Positions 15,392 through 26,647 of a stretch of DNA of 64,000 bases are shown here, piece after piece (within the stretch, counting starts at the first letter, position 1; every line of letters starts with the position of its first letter). The notes beneath the pieces are model-generated. The model did no database searches. It was not told the DNA's origin and was given only the letters and a program-made list of their open reading frames with translations. Where the stretch lies: the sequence record MT478991.1; one strand, 5' to 3'. The stretch comes from Escherichia phage vB_EcoM_011D4. The position numbers and the translations under genes are program-made.

Positions 15392-16213
15392 TTATGCATC
15401 CTTCCAAACTTTCCTTGCGTCGTATTTCTTGCCTTTTGACATAAACTGATATGTCGGCATATAGATAATATTGCTCCAGTCTTTCGGGCTAATTTCAACA
15501 AGTTTTGTTTTAATGTGTCCCGGTAGATATGCTTTGATCATGTGATCACTTCCACGCATACCTTTTACATCGCTCCATTTGATTTTTAAGCGTGTTTTAT
15601 TACTCAAGGTAGGAGTAGATGCATATTGCTTTAAAAGTGCCTCTAAAAACTGCTGACGGGCTTTAGGCGTTACATAGTGTAAGTTAAGACCCAGCATTAC
15701 AGTATTACCCGCCTTTGTCTTAGAATCACCCAGACAAATGATCAGCGGGAAAACATCCCAATATGGCAAAGTGTCTTTATACTTCGCATCATACATAAAG
15801 GTATAGATTCGCCCTACTTGCGGTTTTACAATCTGGTGTCCCTTTATTCCCGCTTTTATTGTTTTAGTAAACCACTCCTGTGATTTTTCTTTAGGACGAC
15901 TCTTTGATACAGCACGCATAGACGCACGAAAATCATTAATCATCATCATTGCGCGTTGCTGCTTATTGAGACCCTTTGCGCCTTTCCCTTTTAGTTTTTC
16001 AACTTCTATTGCTGTTTTAATTTCGCTGGCATAACGAGACATACTTTTAGTGAAAGTCGCATAGGCTATTCCCTTAGAATCTGCAAATGCTTTAGCTGTC
16101 ATGCCTTTGGCTTTTGCTTTCGCAAATTCTACACCCAATTCGACCCACTGTTTAGACTTTCGTTTTTGGGGAGACGGCTTTTCGTCTTCTGTGATTATTT
16201 CAAATACGCTCAT
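15392..16213 (-). CDS. 2: DNA end protector protein (gp2-like)
   Basis: 273 aa, Lys-rich; size and position match T4 gp2. Confidence 0.6.
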   Translation of the reverse strand: MSVFEIITEDEKPSPQKRKSKQWVELGVEFAKAKAKGMTAKAFADSKGIAYATFTKSMSRYASEIKTAIEVEKLKGKGAKGLNKQQRAMMMINDFRASMRAVSKSRPKEKSQEWFTKTIKAGIKGHQIVKPQVGRIYTFMYDAKYKDTLPYWDVFPLIICLGDSKTKAGNTVMLGLNLHYVTPKARQQFLEALLKQYASTPTLSNKTRLKIKWSDVKGMRGSDHMIKAYLPGHIKTKLVEISPKDWSNIIYMPTYQFMSKGKKYDARKVWKDA

Positions 16214-16224
16214 AATATTATCCT

Positions 16225-16698
16225 CTATTTGTTAAGCCCTTTAAAGCCAAACACTTTCTTTAATGCATGTTCGGTGATGATCTTAAACTCCATGTTATGC
16301 TTTTGGCATAATTTCACGGCAGCTAACCATTTTTCAGTATTTTTTGTGTATGTCCATACTTCATGCATATATCGTTGCTTTGTCTTCGCGGTCATTCTTT
16401 TTGGCTTTTCCGGTGGCCTTGTCTCTTTAGCTGGTTTAACTTCCCATAAATGCTCCTTGCCATCATCAAACTTAACGTAAAAATCCATAAAGTATCTGTG
16501 TCTTTTCCCGTCTGTCGATGACTCATAAGGAATTACTACGGTCTCAGATCCCCATTTTGCAACTCTAGGATTGCGGTCTAGCCACTGCATGATCCATCTT
16601 TCCCAGCTTGAACGGTATGTGATCTTACGTATATCCCCTTTATACTTTTCCTTATTCTCAGGAACATACTTGCCCTTATAAGTGTTAGATCCTCCCAT
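16225..16698 (-). CDS. 4: head completion protein (gp4-like)
   Basis: 157 aa; divergent from gene 53 as in T4. Confidence 0.6.
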   Translation of the reverse strand: MGGSNTYKGKYVPENKEKYKGDIRKITYRSSWERWIMQWLDRNPRVAKWGSETVVIPYESSTDGKRHRYFMDFYVKFDDGKEHLWEVKPAKETRPPEKPKRMTAKTKQRYMHEVWTYTKNTEKWLAAVKLCQKHNMEFKIITEHALKKVFGFKGLNK

Positions 16699-16713
16699 TT
16701 TAGCACCCTTTAT

Positions 16714-16721
16714 TATAAATA
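16714..16721 (+). promoter_or_regulatory. T4-type late promoter TATAAATA
   Basis: exact TATAAATA about 33 nt upstream of gene 53 start; flanked by inverted repeat tagcaccct/agggtgcta. Confidence 0.55.
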
Positions 16722-16753
16722 CATAATACTATTTATCAATTGAGGGTGCTAAA

Positions 16754-17308
16754 ATGCTCTTTTCTTTCTTCCCTGCCATTGAATACAATGGCAAGATGAT
16801 TACTGACATTGTGCGCAATTACCGCGCATATTTCAATGCAATAATTTCTGATTATAACATACAAACATATTACATTCAAGGTAGTCCACGACCGGAACAG
16901 GTTGCATATGAAGTATACGGAAACCAGCAACTTTATTGGATCTTGCTGATGCTTAATGACGTATACGATCCGTTTCATGACTGGATCACCGATCAAGAGA
17001 CAGCATATGAATCAGCCGAACAACGATATGCAAATGTAGGAGGAAATCAAGTATTATACCACGTTGATATTGACGGAAACAAGTATTGGAATCTTACCGA
17101 ATATCCGAAAGGATCAAGCAACTGGTATGATAAAGGGGATATTCATCACCGTTATTTGCAGTTTCATGGTGCACTGTCGGCAGTAGACACACTGGAAGAT
17201 GCGATCCTCCGTAATGAGGAACGACGCAAGATCAAGATCATAGATCCTACACAAATTAAACAATTTATTAACGCATTCATTCGAGAAATGGAAAAGGCTG
17301 ATGTGTAA
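16754..17308 (+). CDS. 53: baseplate wedge protein gp53
   Basis: 184 aa; N-terminal MLFSFF and YYIQGSPRPEQ ... LYW ... DPFHDWIT resemble T4 gp53. Confidence 0.8.
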   Translation: MLFSFFPAIEYNGKMITDIVRNYRAYFNAIISDYNIQTYYIQGSPRPEQVAYEVYGNQQLYWILLMLNDVYDPFHDWITDQETAYESAEQRYANVGGNQVLYHVDIDGNKYWNLTEYPKGSSNWYDKGDIHHRYLQFHGALSAVDTLEDAILRNEERRKIKIIDPTQIKQFINAFIREMEKADV

Positions 17309-17319
17309 GGTGATTAATT

Positions 17320-19119
17320 ATGCTAATGTTTAATAACTCCGTTAAATGGTTTACCGGAATTGTAGAAAACAGGGAAGACCCATTAATGCTGGGGCGTGTT
17401 CAGGTTAGGATTCATGGTATACATCCCTCGCTATCCGCACACGGTGACATTCAAGGTCTTCCAACCGAAGATCTATTATGGATTACGCCAGTACAAGATA
17501 TTACAAGCGCGGCGATCTCCGGTATAGGTCAAAGCCCTACTGGTATTGTTGAAGGTTCAATGGTATTTGGTTTGGCTTTAGATGAACGTTATTTAAACTG
17601 CGTTATTCTTGGTACTATTGCCGGACAATATACAGAGAAACCACTCACTACAGAAGGTTTTTGCGACCCTTCTGGTGCATATCCTCGTTATATTGGTAAT
17701 GATGTTAATATTCTTGCTCGTGGCGGTATTAACCCAGAAACCGGACAAACAACAAAACCTGATAGTGTCTATATTCGAGATGAAAACACTGGAGTTGCAG
17801 TAAATCCAGACGACGAGCCATTAGACCAAATTCCGGTTGATGATAATCCTGATTTTACAATAGAAAAAATGCTGCGGGGCGATGAGGGATATCGCGAGAA
17901 ATGGTATCTTGATTCAGAAGGATATCCGACAATAGGCATCGGGCATTTGATCATTTATAAGAAAACCAGTGATCTTGGTATTATCAATAATGAACTTTCT
18001 AAGCTGGTTGGGCGTGAAGTTACAAACGGAAGACTTACCGCCGAAGAAGTTAGTAAAGTATTTGCCGACGATATAGAAAAGACTCGTCGTGATATGCGCA
18101 AACATCCACGAATTGCACCTGTCTATAATAAATGTAATGCCTCACGTCGTATGGCATTAGAAAATATGGCGTTTCAAATGGGTGTTGGTGGATTGGGTAA
18201 ATTTAAGAATAGTCTTGCTGCGATGTTAGCGGAAGAATGGAAACAAGCCTATGATGGATTACGTCAATCGGTATGGGCTAACCAAACTCCAGGACGCTCC
18301 AGCCGTGTTTCTAAAATTATTTTAACTGGTAACTTAGAATCATATGGCGTAATTGCTCCAAAGAAAGAGGAATCAATTTCTGATGATCCGCGAGCACGTT
18401 TGAGAAATGCCCGTATTGCTGCCTATAAGACGCAGAGAGCAGAAGAAGACCCAGAAGCACCGTTTACCCCACAAGACACACGAATCATGTTTAAAGAGCC
18501 TAAGAGTTCGTATTCTGCTAGGTATCCTTATAACCATGTGTACGAGTCAGAGAGCGGTCATATTATCGAGATTGATGATACTCCTTCTCATGAGCGATAT
18601 CATCGTAAACATCCTTCGGGTACATTTGAAGAAACCAGACCGGACGGAACGAGGGTAGAAAAGATTGAAGGTGATGATTATCTGATCGTTAAACAAGGCC
18701 GGAAAGTAAACGTTAAGGGTAATTTGCAAGTTGTTGTTGAAGGTGACGCGCAAGTTTATTATATGGGTAATGTGATGCAAACCGTTGATGGTAACGTCAC
18801 TGAATTTATTCGTGGTAATGTTAATCAGACCGTTGAAGGTACTGCTAACATGCATGTTGTAGGTGATGTTACCGCTCAGCTTGACGCTAATTTGACGGCT
18901 AACGTCAAGGGTAATGCTGAATTAATGATCGAGGGTAACACGACCGAAACAATTAAAGGTAACTATGATTTAACCGTTGAGGGTAATTTTAATATGACCG
19001 TCAATGGCACTAAATCAGATCAGGTTAATGGTGACTGGTCCCGTAATTGTGGTGCAAGCGTTAAAGATATTGCATCTGGTACAGTTAAAATTGATGGTAG
19101 CCGTATTGATCTTGGGTGA
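17320..19119 (+). CDS. 5: baseplate hub / cell-puncturing protein gp5 with lysozyme domain
   Basis: 599 aa; central T4-lysozyme-like motif GYPTIGIGHL; C-terminal VxGxxxxxx repeats (beta-helix needle). Confidence 0.9.
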   Translation: MLMFNNSVKWFTGIVENREDPLMLGRVQVRIHGIHPSLSAHGDIQGLPTEDLLWITPVQDITSAAISGIGQSPTGIVEGSMVFGLALDERYLNCVILGTIAGQYTEKPLTTEGFCDPSGAYPRYIGNDVNILARGGINPETGQTTKPDSVYIRDENTGVAVNPDDEPLDQIPVDDNPDFTIEKMLRGDEGYREKWYLDSEGYPTIGIGHLIIYKKTSDLGIINNELSKLVGREVTNGRLTAEEVSKVFADDIEKTRRDMRKHPRIAPVYNKCNASRRMALENMAFQMGVGGLGKFKNSLAAMLAEEWKQAYDGLRQSVWANQTPGRSSRVSKIILTGNLESYGVIAPKKEESISDDPRARLRNARIAAYKTQRAEEDPEAPFTPQDTRIMFKEPKSSYSARYPYNHVYESESGHIIEIDDTPSHERYHRKHPSGTFEETRPDGTRVEKIEGDDYLIVKQGRKVNVKGNLQVVVEGDAQVYYMGNVMQTVDGNVTEFIRGNVNQTVEGTANMHVVGDVTAQLDANLTANVKGNAELMIEGNTTETIKGNYDLTVEGNFNMTVNGTKSDQVNGDWSRNCGASVKDIASGTVKIDGSRIDLG

Positions 19120-19127
19120 GGTAACTA

Positions 19128-19694
19128 ATGGTTGAAATTCTTCCGATGAGTTCAAAATTGGAGGATATCAGCGAGCGAGAAATCTTTGAGGTGGTGTTCT
19201 CTTATAAAGCAACGCCACCGGATGCAAATACCACATACACGATTAAAGAGTTTAAGATCAGCGAGTATCGCCCTAATAAGGGCGTTACCGTTGAAGAAAC
19301 TAAAATATCTGGTGAGTATCGGGATAGTTTTTCGCTTGGCGCGGATTCTCTTAAATATATAACGAAAGATAGAATTAAAAAATCTGCCGGAAGTTTTGAT
19401 GATTTACCAGATCCAACTACCGCAGATCTATATTATTTTAACGCTCCTACACGTCTACAGGAGGTTTATACTTATAAAGTAACCCTAACCTATATCCAAT
19501 CTGTTTCAGAGTCTTCTGGTGGTTCTGGTGAAGGAAATAGTGGTGGTTCCAATAGCCGAGAGGGTGCTGGTGAAACTAATCCTCCTCCGGTAGTAACCGA
19601 GCACACAATAGAGAAAGTTTATACTCAAACCGTTTTTGGAAATTGGGATGTGTGGGCGCAGCAACTAAGAGATTATGTACATAGGGGTGTTTAA
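19128..19694 (+). CDS. hypothetical protein (gp5.1 position)
   Basis: 188 aa ORF between gene 5 and the PAAR gene; Gly/Ser-rich segment. Confidence 0.45.
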   Translation: MVEILPMSSKLEDISEREIFEVVFSYKATPPDANTTYTIKEFKISEYRPNKGVTVEETKISGEYRDSFSLGADSLKYITKDRIKKSAGSFDDLPDPTTADLYYFNAPTRLQEVYTYKVTLTYIQSVSESSGGSGEGNSGGSNSREGAGETNPPPVVTEHTIEKVYTQTVFGNWDVWAQQLRDYVHRGV

Positions 19695-19987
19695 TGGCTG
19701 GATTATCCTACGATAAAGCTAAAACTACAGGGCACGGAAACTACCCACCTACGGTAATTAATGCAACTCAATCTAAGGTATTTGTTGAGGGTATCCCTGT
19801 ATTAGTCGAAGGAGACCCAATTACACCACACACAAAAACAACAAAGCCTTATGATACACACGGGGGAACTACGGTCGCCAGTACCCCGAAAGTATTTGTT
19901 ACCGGAAAGAAAGCAATTCAAATGGCAGATCGTATTAGCTGTGGCGATACCGTCGCTATGGCATCACCGAAGGTATTCATAAAATGA
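19694..19987 (+). CDS. 5.4: PAAR-repeat spike tip protein (gp5.4-like)
   Basis: 97 aa; three PAAR-like segments (VFVEG, PKVFVTG, SPKVFI); same size as T4 gp5.4. Confidence 0.7.
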   Translation: MAGLSYDKAKTTGHGNYPPTVINATQSKVFVEGIPVLVEGDPITPHTKTTKPYDTHGGTTVASTPKVFVTGKKAIQMADRISCGDTVAMASPKVFIK

Positions 19988-21888
19988 CAAAGCAAAAGAT
20001 TACACAAATTCCTGATATTTTTAATGCTGCTACATTCGATGAAATTAAAAGCGCATTAACAGACTGGATGAGAAACCAGGAAGAATTTAAAGATTTTGAT
20101 TTTAATGGTGCTGGTATTAACGTATTGATGGACTTGCTCGCATATAACACTCTGTATATTCAGCAATTCGCTAACGCCGCGCTATATGAATCTTTTATCA
20201 GAACGGCAATTAAGCGTAGTTCAGTTGTTCAAGCCGCGCAAGATTTAGGATATTTGCCAGCGAGTAAAACTAGTGCATCAACTACTATTATGTTGCACGT
20301 ATCACATCCACGAAATCCGGCAAGTATTCGAATCCCACGAGGAACTAAATTTATTGCAAGTGTGGATCGCCAGACTTCTTACCCGTTTGTTACTACCGAG
20401 GATGTTGTAAGCGTTTTGGGTTCAAATGGTTTATATACGCCTATGCTTAAAGTCGCACAAGGTCGTATCGTTCGTACAGAGATGTTATTTAATCCGAAGA
20501 AACAAATTCTGATCCGCGATCCTGATATTGACCGCGCTCAGGTTAAGTTGTGGGTGGACGGTGCTGAATGGAAAGACTGGACGCGAGAAAGTATTGTTAA
20601 TGCAACTGGTGCAAGCAATATTTTCTATATGCGTGAAACCGTAGACGGACATACTGAAATTTTCTTTGGTGAGGGTGAATCAACTTTATCTGCTGCTGGC
20701 GGTGCACTGGAAGCAAATTATATCGGTGGACTTAAGCCGTCAACTGGTGCTAATATTGTTATCGAATATATCAGCACTAAGGGCGCGGAAGCAAACGGTT
20801 CAGTTAATTTCACATACGCGGATACCCTTGCATCTATCTCTATTGTTAAAATTATTGAGAATCCGACAAATGATCGTGATTATGTCGGTGCAGATGGTGG
20901 TGGTGATCCTGAATCAATCGAACGTATCCGTGAACTTGCTCCGGTAATGCGTGAATCTCAGCGTCGTTGTGTAACTGCTTCCGACTATGAGGCTTTTGTA
21001 TCTAGCCGTTTTGGTAGTATTGTTCAGGCGGTACAATGTTTCACCGACCGAGAAAAGCCAGGTTATGCTTTTGTTGCTGTTAAGCCGAAATCTGGCTTGC
21101 GCTTGACAACTGTTCAAAAAGAAGATATGCGGGATTATCTGGCAAAATATAATCTTGCCCCTATCACACCGAGCATCATTGACCCTAACTATCTGTATAT
21201 TAAACAGAATATTAAAGTTTCATATTCAATCAATGACTTGTCTGAATCAGAACAGTGGCTGCGCGGTGCGGTTATTGATCAGATTGATGCATATTATAAC
21301 GACGAAGTGGAAATTTTTAACCAGACCTTTAGTAAGTCTAAAATGCTTGCGCGTATTGACAAAGCTGATGTATCTGTGATAGGTTCTAGTGCAGAAATCG
21401 AGATGGTGCGAGAGATCGACAACTTCTATAAAGCACCGATGGCTGGAATCAAGTTTTTAAACCAGTATAAGAGCGGAATCAAGTCTAGTTCATTCAACTT
21501 CGAAAAGGACGACAAGCAATATCCGATCCATTATGTAAGTACAGAAATGAACAAAGAATCCGGTTTAGCTAAATTGCTGGTTGGACCTTTCCCTGTTGAT
21601 TCTACAATCGCTTTACCGCACTATTCCGGCACTGATTTTGATAAAGAGGTTATCGACGGTGCGGACCTATACTTTGAGGTTGGAGAGGTTAAGCATTATG
21701 ACGACCTTATTTCATGGGATCTGGGTAAACTGAATATCAATAGCGATCGCTTTACTGGTTCATATATTGAGTTGACAGCTAAACCGATTGCTGATAACAT
21801 CTTTACTAAAGACGGTTCTTTGATCGTGTTTGAAAACGATCTCCGTCCTCAGTACACAACTATTAGTCTGGAGGCAATTGCTCAATGA
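19984..21888 (+). CDS. 6: baseplate wedge protein gp6
   Basis: 634 aa; position and size match T4 gp6; overlapping start/stop with neighbours. Confidence 0.8.
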   Translation: MTKQKITQIPDIFNAATFDEIKSALTDWMRNQEEFKDFDFNGAGINVLMDLLAYNTLYIQQFANAALYESFIRTAIKRSSVVQAAQDLGYLPASKTSASTTIMLHVSHPRNPASIRIPRGTKFIASVDRQTSYPFVTTEDVVSVLGSNGLYTPMLKVAQGRIVRTEMLFNPKKQILIRDPDIDRAQVKLWVDGAEWKDWTRESIVNATGASNIFYMRETVDGHTEIFFGEGESTLSAAGGALEANYIGGLKPSTGANIVIEYISTKGAEANGSVNFTYADTLASISIVKIIENPTNDRDYVGADGGGDPESIERIRELAPVMRESQRRCVTASDYEAFVSSRFGSIVQAVQCFTDREKPGYAFVAVKPKSGLRLTTVQKEDMRDYLAKYNLAPITPSIIDPNYLYIKQNIKVSYSINDLSESEQWLRGAVIDQIDAYYNDEVEIFNQTFSKSKMLARIDKADVSVIGSSAEIEMVREIDNFYKAPMAGIKFLNQYKSGIKSSSFNFEKDDKQYPIHYVSTEMNKESGLAKLLVGPFPVDSTIALPHYSGTDFDKEVIDGADLYFEVGEVKHYDDLISWDLGKLNINSDRFTGSYIELTAKPIADNIFTKDGSLIVFENDLRPQYTTISLEAIAQ

Positions 21889-24800
21889 TTAAAGCGCCTA
21901 GTGTAACTAGCTTGACAATAGAAAAATTGTCTGCTAATCAGGCGTATATCACATGGGATGACGTAGGCGAAAACTTCTTTTATTTTGTGGAGTTAGCCGA
22001 AACCAGAACACGAGACGGGGAGATCATCCCCGTCGATGAGTTAAGCTGGGTAAACCTGGGATATACTGCCGAACAAAACTGGTTTGAGGATAAAAACCTT
22101 TTTCCAGAATATTATTACAAGTTTCGTGTAGCAGTAGCCGCAGAAGGATTTGAACAAAGTAAATGGGTTGAAACAGAAGAGTTTCAGACATTTAAAACAA
22201 ACGCATATAATTTTTCTATGATGCGAGAGTTCAACCTTGCAAATGAGTTTATAAAGGAAAAATTTACATACGATAATCGAGAGTATGTCAAGTTTAATAC
22301 TGACCTGATTCAAGCATCATTGATGAAGGAAGATTTTGTCTTTAGTCCTGAATATGCAAACATGACAAATATCTCAAACTACATTGTAGTTGATGAGAAC
22401 TTTCATGAAATACAGGATCACATAGAAAAAGTTTGTATTGATATAAACCGCACTATGTTAGCGGAAATGAACGGTGTTTTGTACCTTTTCGAACGGTTCC
22501 AGCCGATCGTGAAAGTGTCAAATGATAAAGGTCAATCATGGAAAGCATACAAGGCTTTTAATGACCGTGTAGGCAATCCGGTTTCCCGTACATGCGTTTA
22601 TCAGTCTAAAACAACTACTTACGTTTTAGGTTATGACCGAATCTTTTACGGACGACAAGCGAGCGATACTCGATGGAGCGCGGACGATGTTCGATTTAGT
22701 GATGATACGATCACTTTTGCAAAGGTTGGTGACGAGAACGATTTAGGGTTTGACGTTGAGGTATTTGGCGTATTTTCCCGATTAACAGGCGACACCACAA
22801 AATACGCCGAAGCGATGGCGTGTAGTGACGATTATTTGTGGGTTGGTGCTAAGGATGTTATTCGCAGGATTCGCCTTAAGAATACTCCGGTCGATACCGT
22901 ACAGGGTTCGCCTACGTTTGGAGAAAAAATATTCGATCCTGATGTTATCCGAGTAACAGGAAATGATAAAGCTGTCATTCAGAAAATGGATGTGATCGAC
23001 GGTAAATTGCTTGTATTTGTTACGGGTGAAGTTAAACAGCGTTATCAAGATCCAACTAAACCAGAAAACGTTGTTCCGTCAGATGATGCGGGTGTATACT
23101 TAATAGGGAGTGATGGTCTGTCTTTTCAGAGAGTATTTGGCAACACTCCGCAGGAAAGGGAATATATTCAGCATGGGTTCAGTAATATGTCAACCAATGG
23201 TGATGAGGTGTTCATAAGCCATTATAATCATCACTTCGAAAGCATTTTACCTGATCCAGAAACTGCCGCGAAATATGAATTAGGCGAAGCTGTGAAATAT
23301 TCTCAGGAGCCAACTTATCTAACTGATAAGAAAATACATCAAACTACTTTCAGAGCAAGTTATGATGATTTGCGTATTTGGGAGTTGGGACCGCAAGCGT
23401 ATTATAATGAGGCTGATTATACATGGATGCGTCGAAACGGTGTCCGTGTGTGGATCACAAATGATAATCGCCCGTTGGTTGTTTATCCAGAGGTTATCTA
23501 TACTCAAGAAGTTGATACGTCCGGCATTCTTGATCAAAATAGGGTCAACCGAGAAGTTTATGATAAAGGGACCGTGACCTGTTATCTTAACAATGTTAAA
23601 TTTGAAGGATTCAAACAATATGCATCCGGTGTAATGTTCCATAAAAACACGGGAGAGATCATAGGATTCTATCAATTTAACTATCGCGTTCGTGATCAGG
23701 TTGGTGTATATTGGAAACCTACAAATGTAGCATTTGTTGCTGAATTGCAAAATCAGGTTCGAGAGGTTCCCTGGGTTCCGGTTCACTACGATCGAGAGCA
23801 AGATCCAGATTTGCGACCTTTACTGAATAAGATGACACCTGATAGCTTTTTACTTGAGAACGAAAATTTCAGAAAATTCTCTGAATATTATCTGCAATTC
23901 TTAAGTGATGGTTCAGGAACATATTATAATAAACTAAAAAATCTGATTAAAAACAAATATCCACGCGAGCAAGATGCATATGAGTATCTTTGGTCAGAGA
24001 TGAACAAACGAAACATCTATGCAGATAAAAACAAGCGAGATGCGGTAGTAAGATTCTTTGAATCCCGCAAATCAGATTTTTATTCCACTAAGGGCGTGGA
24101 GGCTTCTTATAAGTTCTTGTTTAAGTTACTTTATAATGAAGATGTGGAAATTGAGGTTGAATCACAAGCCGGACTAGAGTATGATATTGTTGTTAGTTCA
24201 ACGAACATTGACGAGGATATCGTAGGTCGCACGATTTATACTCCAACCGGACGGGCTAACGTGACGTATCTTGAAAGGGAATATGAAGGTGGTCGCCTAC
24301 GCTGGCGAGTAACCATTCATAACCTGATCGGGCGGTTCGAAGAAGGTCAAGTGATCAAATCAGAGAAAACAGCGTTTGAAGGGATGATCCTTGTTGGTGT
24401 ACGTGGTAAAGAGTTGTTGAGTAGTTCAATCGACTATATCAACCGCTCACGAAGCCAATACACCATGAAGATTAAAAGTGCATTGCCAGTTTCTCGCTAT
24501 GCAAATGATGTAATGCGATTCGTTCATCCTGTCGGCTTTGGGTTTATCGGTGTTACCCTGCTTACGATGTTCATTAACAGCGGGTTAAGCATGAAACACA
24601 CAGAGACGATAATTCAATCTCTAAAAAATTATAAGTTTGACAGCGGATTGCCTAGCGTGTATCCTGATCGGGTGGCAGACCTTGACGTTGACGGAAACAT
24701 TAAGAAAGACCCGCTTACCGGAAAAGCATTATACTTAACGTCACCGACAATGGGCGAAGAGTTCCCCGTTCCTCCTGAATATGATCAGGAGAACAGCGAA

Positions 24801-24971
24801 TTGTTCCACGGACTTAAAGCAAGCGAACGAAGATTTGCAATGAGTCCACTGTTTGACCAGTCGGCGGTAACATTCTCTATGTTCCGTGAACTTGTAGATA
24901 AACGGTTGAAGGATAATATAGGGAATCCACGCGATCCGAAGAATCCGACACAGAGGAAAATTAATGGCTAA
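21885..24971 (+). CDS. 7: baseplate wedge protein gp7
   Basis: 1028 aa, matching T4 gp7 size and order. Confidence 0.8.
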   Translation: MIKAPSVTSLTIEKLSANQAYITWDDVGENFFYFVELAETRTRDGEIIPVDELSWVNLGYTAEQNWFEDKNLFPEYYYKFRVAVAAEGFEQSKWVETEEFQTFKTNAYNFSMMREFNLANEFIKEKFTYDNREYVKFNTDLIQASLMKEDFVFSPEYANMTNISNYIVVDENFHEIQDHIEKVCIDINRTMLAEMNGVLYLFERFQPIVKVSNDKGQSWKAYKAFNDRVGNPVSRTCVYQSKTTTYVLGYDRIFYGRQASDTRWSADDVRFSDDTITFAKVGDENDLGFDVEVFGVFSRLTGDTTKYAEAMACSDDYLWVGAKDVIRRIRLKNTPVDTVQGSPTFGEKIFDPDVIRVTGNDKAVIQKMDVIDGKLLVFVTGEVKQRYQDPTKPENVVPSDDAGVYLIGSDGLSFQRVFGNTPQEREYIQHGFSNMSTNGDEVFISHYNHHFESILPDPETAAKYELGEAVKYSQEPTYLTDKKIHQTTFRASYDDLRIWELGPQAYYNEADYTWMRRNGVRVWITNDNRPLVVYPEVIYTQEVDTSGILDQNRVNREVYDKGTVTCYLNNVKFEGFKQYASGVMFHKNTGEIIGFYQFNYRVRDQVGVYWKPTNVAFVAELQNQVREVPWVPVHYDREQDPDLRPLLNKMTPDSFLLENENFRKFSEYYLQFLSDGSGTYYNKLKNLIKNKYPREQDAYEYLWSEMNKRNIYADKNKRDAVVRFFESRKSDFYSTKGVEASYKFLFKLLYNEDVEIEVESQAGLEYDIVVSSTNIDEDIVGRTIYTPTGRANVTYLEREYEGGRLRWRVTIHNLIGRFEEGQVIKSEKTAFEGMILVGVRGKELLSSSIDYINRSRSQYTMKIKSALPVSRYANDVMRFVHPVGFGFIGVTLLTMFINSGLSMKHTETIIQSLKNYKFDSGLPSVYPDRVADLDVDGNIKKDPLTGKALYLTSPTMGEEFPVPPEYDQENSELFHGLKASERRFAMSPLFDQSAVTFSMFRELVDKRLKDNIGNPRDPKNPTQRKING

Positions 24972-25959
24972 TGAAAATAGTGTGATCTATCGCTCAATAA
25001 TTACTAGTAAATTTAGAACGGAAAAACTTCTGAATTTCTATAATTCTGTAGGCGATGAGGCAAATCAAATTACAATTTATGGAACGTTTGGACGTTCGGA
25101 GCCGTGGTCAGAAAACGAAAAAGAGGTGGGCTTTGCCCCACCTTATCCGACCGATTCAACGGCTGGTGTTGTTGACATGTGGACCCATATGATGGGGGCG
25201 GTTAAGATTAACAAATCACTTCTTGATGCGGTTATCCCTCGTAAAGATTGGGGTGATACCGGACAGGATAACCCGCGCACATTCTTTATCAATGACATTG
25301 TTGTTGTAAACTCAGCACCATATAACCGTACAGATGTTGGTAGCGGCTGGATGGTGTATCGCGTAACCGATGTTCCTGATCGCGGTTACTGCTCGATTTC
25401 AAGCATTGATGCTAAAGTAGAGTGTTTGAAGTTGGGCGGAAAGTGGACCCCCACTCATGAATCAATTGCGCCACCTGTAGGAAAGGGCGATTCTATTGAT
25501 ATGGGTGATGGGTATCGTTGGGAATATCTGTACACAATTCCACCTGATGCGGCGATCAACCGTTGCACCAATGAACATATTGTTGTACCGTTCCCCGATG
25601 AACTGCGACAAGATCCGGCGCGTTGGGGCTATGACAATGTGATCACCTGGTATAATGACTATAATCTGCTTTATCGGCTGAAAGTAGTAACTTTGCGTTT
25701 TCAGGCTTATATGGACTCTGCGCAATTCCCAACTACCGCGTTAGTGGGTAATACTGGTTTCCGTCAGTTAAGCATTATCCTTAACCCATTGGAAAAGAAA
25801 GCACGCCCTAGCGATCCAGACGTTAAAGCGGTTAACGATAAGTACCGACCGCAAGACTTAGAGCCACACTCAGGAGAAATGATCTACATGGAAAACCGAC
25901 AACCTATCGTTCGGTCATTAGATCAAACAGAACTTGTTTCTGTATTGTTTGAGTTCTAA
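24964..25959 (+). CDS. 8: baseplate wedge protein gp8
   Basis: 331 aa; position and size match T4 gp8. Confidence 0.8.
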   Translation: MANENSVIYRSIITSKFRTEKLLNFYNSVGDEANQITIYGTFGRSEPWSENEKEVGFAPPYPTDSTAGVVDMWTHMMGAVKINKSLLDAVIPRKDWGDTGQDNPRTFFINDIVVVNSAPYNRTDVGSGWMVYRVTDVPDRGYCSISSIDAKVECLKLGGKWTPTHESIAPPVGKGDSIDMGDGYRWEYLYTIPPDAAINRCTNEHIVVPFPDELRQDPARWGYDNVITWYNDYNLLYRLKVVTLRFQAYMDSAQFPTTALVGNTGFRQLSIILNPLEKKARPSDPDVKAVNDKYRPQDLEPHSGEMIYMENRQPIVRSLDQTELVSVLFEF

Positions 25960-25971
25960 GTGTATGATTTA

Positions 25972-26000
25972 AAAGCCAATTCGAGAGAGTTGGCTTTTTC
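25972..26000 (+). terminator. rho-independent terminator after gene 8
   Basis: hairpin aaagccaa-10 nt loop-ttggcttt followed by a T-run. Confidence 0.55.
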
Positions 26001-26011
26001 TATTTTGGGTG

Positions 26012-26040
26012 TTGACAGTCTTGTCTGGTAAAGGTATAAT
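26012..26040 (+). promoter_or_regulatory. consensus sigma70 promoter (TTGACA-17-TATAAT)
   Basis: exact TTGACA at 26012-26017, 17-nt spacer, exact TATAAT at 26035-26040; about 30 nt upstream of the ORF at 26070. Confidence 0.7.
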
Positions 26041-26069
26041 GCTCACATCTAAACAACGGAGGATAAATT

Positions 26070-26327
26070 ATGGCACGTCGTAAATTTACAGATAATTGTG
26101 AAGCAATTCAGGTATCCCCTTGCGGTTGGGATGTGATCGCGAACGGTGAAAAGATCGGCGAGATCATCGATCATACTCATTCATCACTAGCCGATTACAC
26201 CGATGAACTATGGGAGGGTATCAACTTCATGAATGACACTAAACGATTCAAGACTATCGACGAAGCTATCTATTTTGTGTATAATCCAACTTTCGGTATG
26301 TGGGGAACTAGAAAATGGCACGCGTAA
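26070..26327 (+). CDS. hypothetical protein (first gene of inserted cassette)
   Basis: 85 aa; GGAGG upstream; no recognisable motif. Confidence 0.5.
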   Translation: MARRKFTDNCEAIQVSPCGWDVIANGEKIGEIIDHTHSSLADYTDELWEGINFMNDTKRFKTIDEAIYFVYNPTFGMWGTRKWHA

Positions 26328-26647
26328 ATATTAAATTGCATTACACAATGAATAAAGCTAAGTTCCCAATGCAAAAGCATTACTATGGTCTACGTGCACA
26401 AGATCCTAAACTCTATGGTACTCATTGGTTTTGTAAACATGATAACCAATGGCACACATACGAAGAAATGCACGAGATGATGAAACAGGGTATTGAATTT
26501 AGTTATTCTAATTATGACCATCGTATAACTTGCATTCGAAAATTGAAACGATGGATTCGTAAGAATCCGCAATTTAAAAACTTTGTGTTCTTTATGTCTC
26601 ATGTTTATTTGGGGCATAGCGTTACCGTCACAGCAAAGGTTAAATAA
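26315..26647 (+). CDS. hypothetical protein (second gene of cassette)
   Basis: 110 aa, His/Tyr/Trp-rich; overlaps upstream gene by 13 nt and downstream gene by 1 nt. Confidence 0.5.
   Translation: MARVNIKLHYTMNKAKFPMQKHYYGLRAQDPKLYGTHWFCKHDNQWHTYEEMHEMMKQGIEFSYSNYDHRITCIRKLKRWIRKNPQFKNFVFFMSHVYLGHSVTVTAKVK

Noticed and set aside
23319-23801. 160-aa minus-strand ORF
   Set aside because: Antisense within baseplate gene 7.
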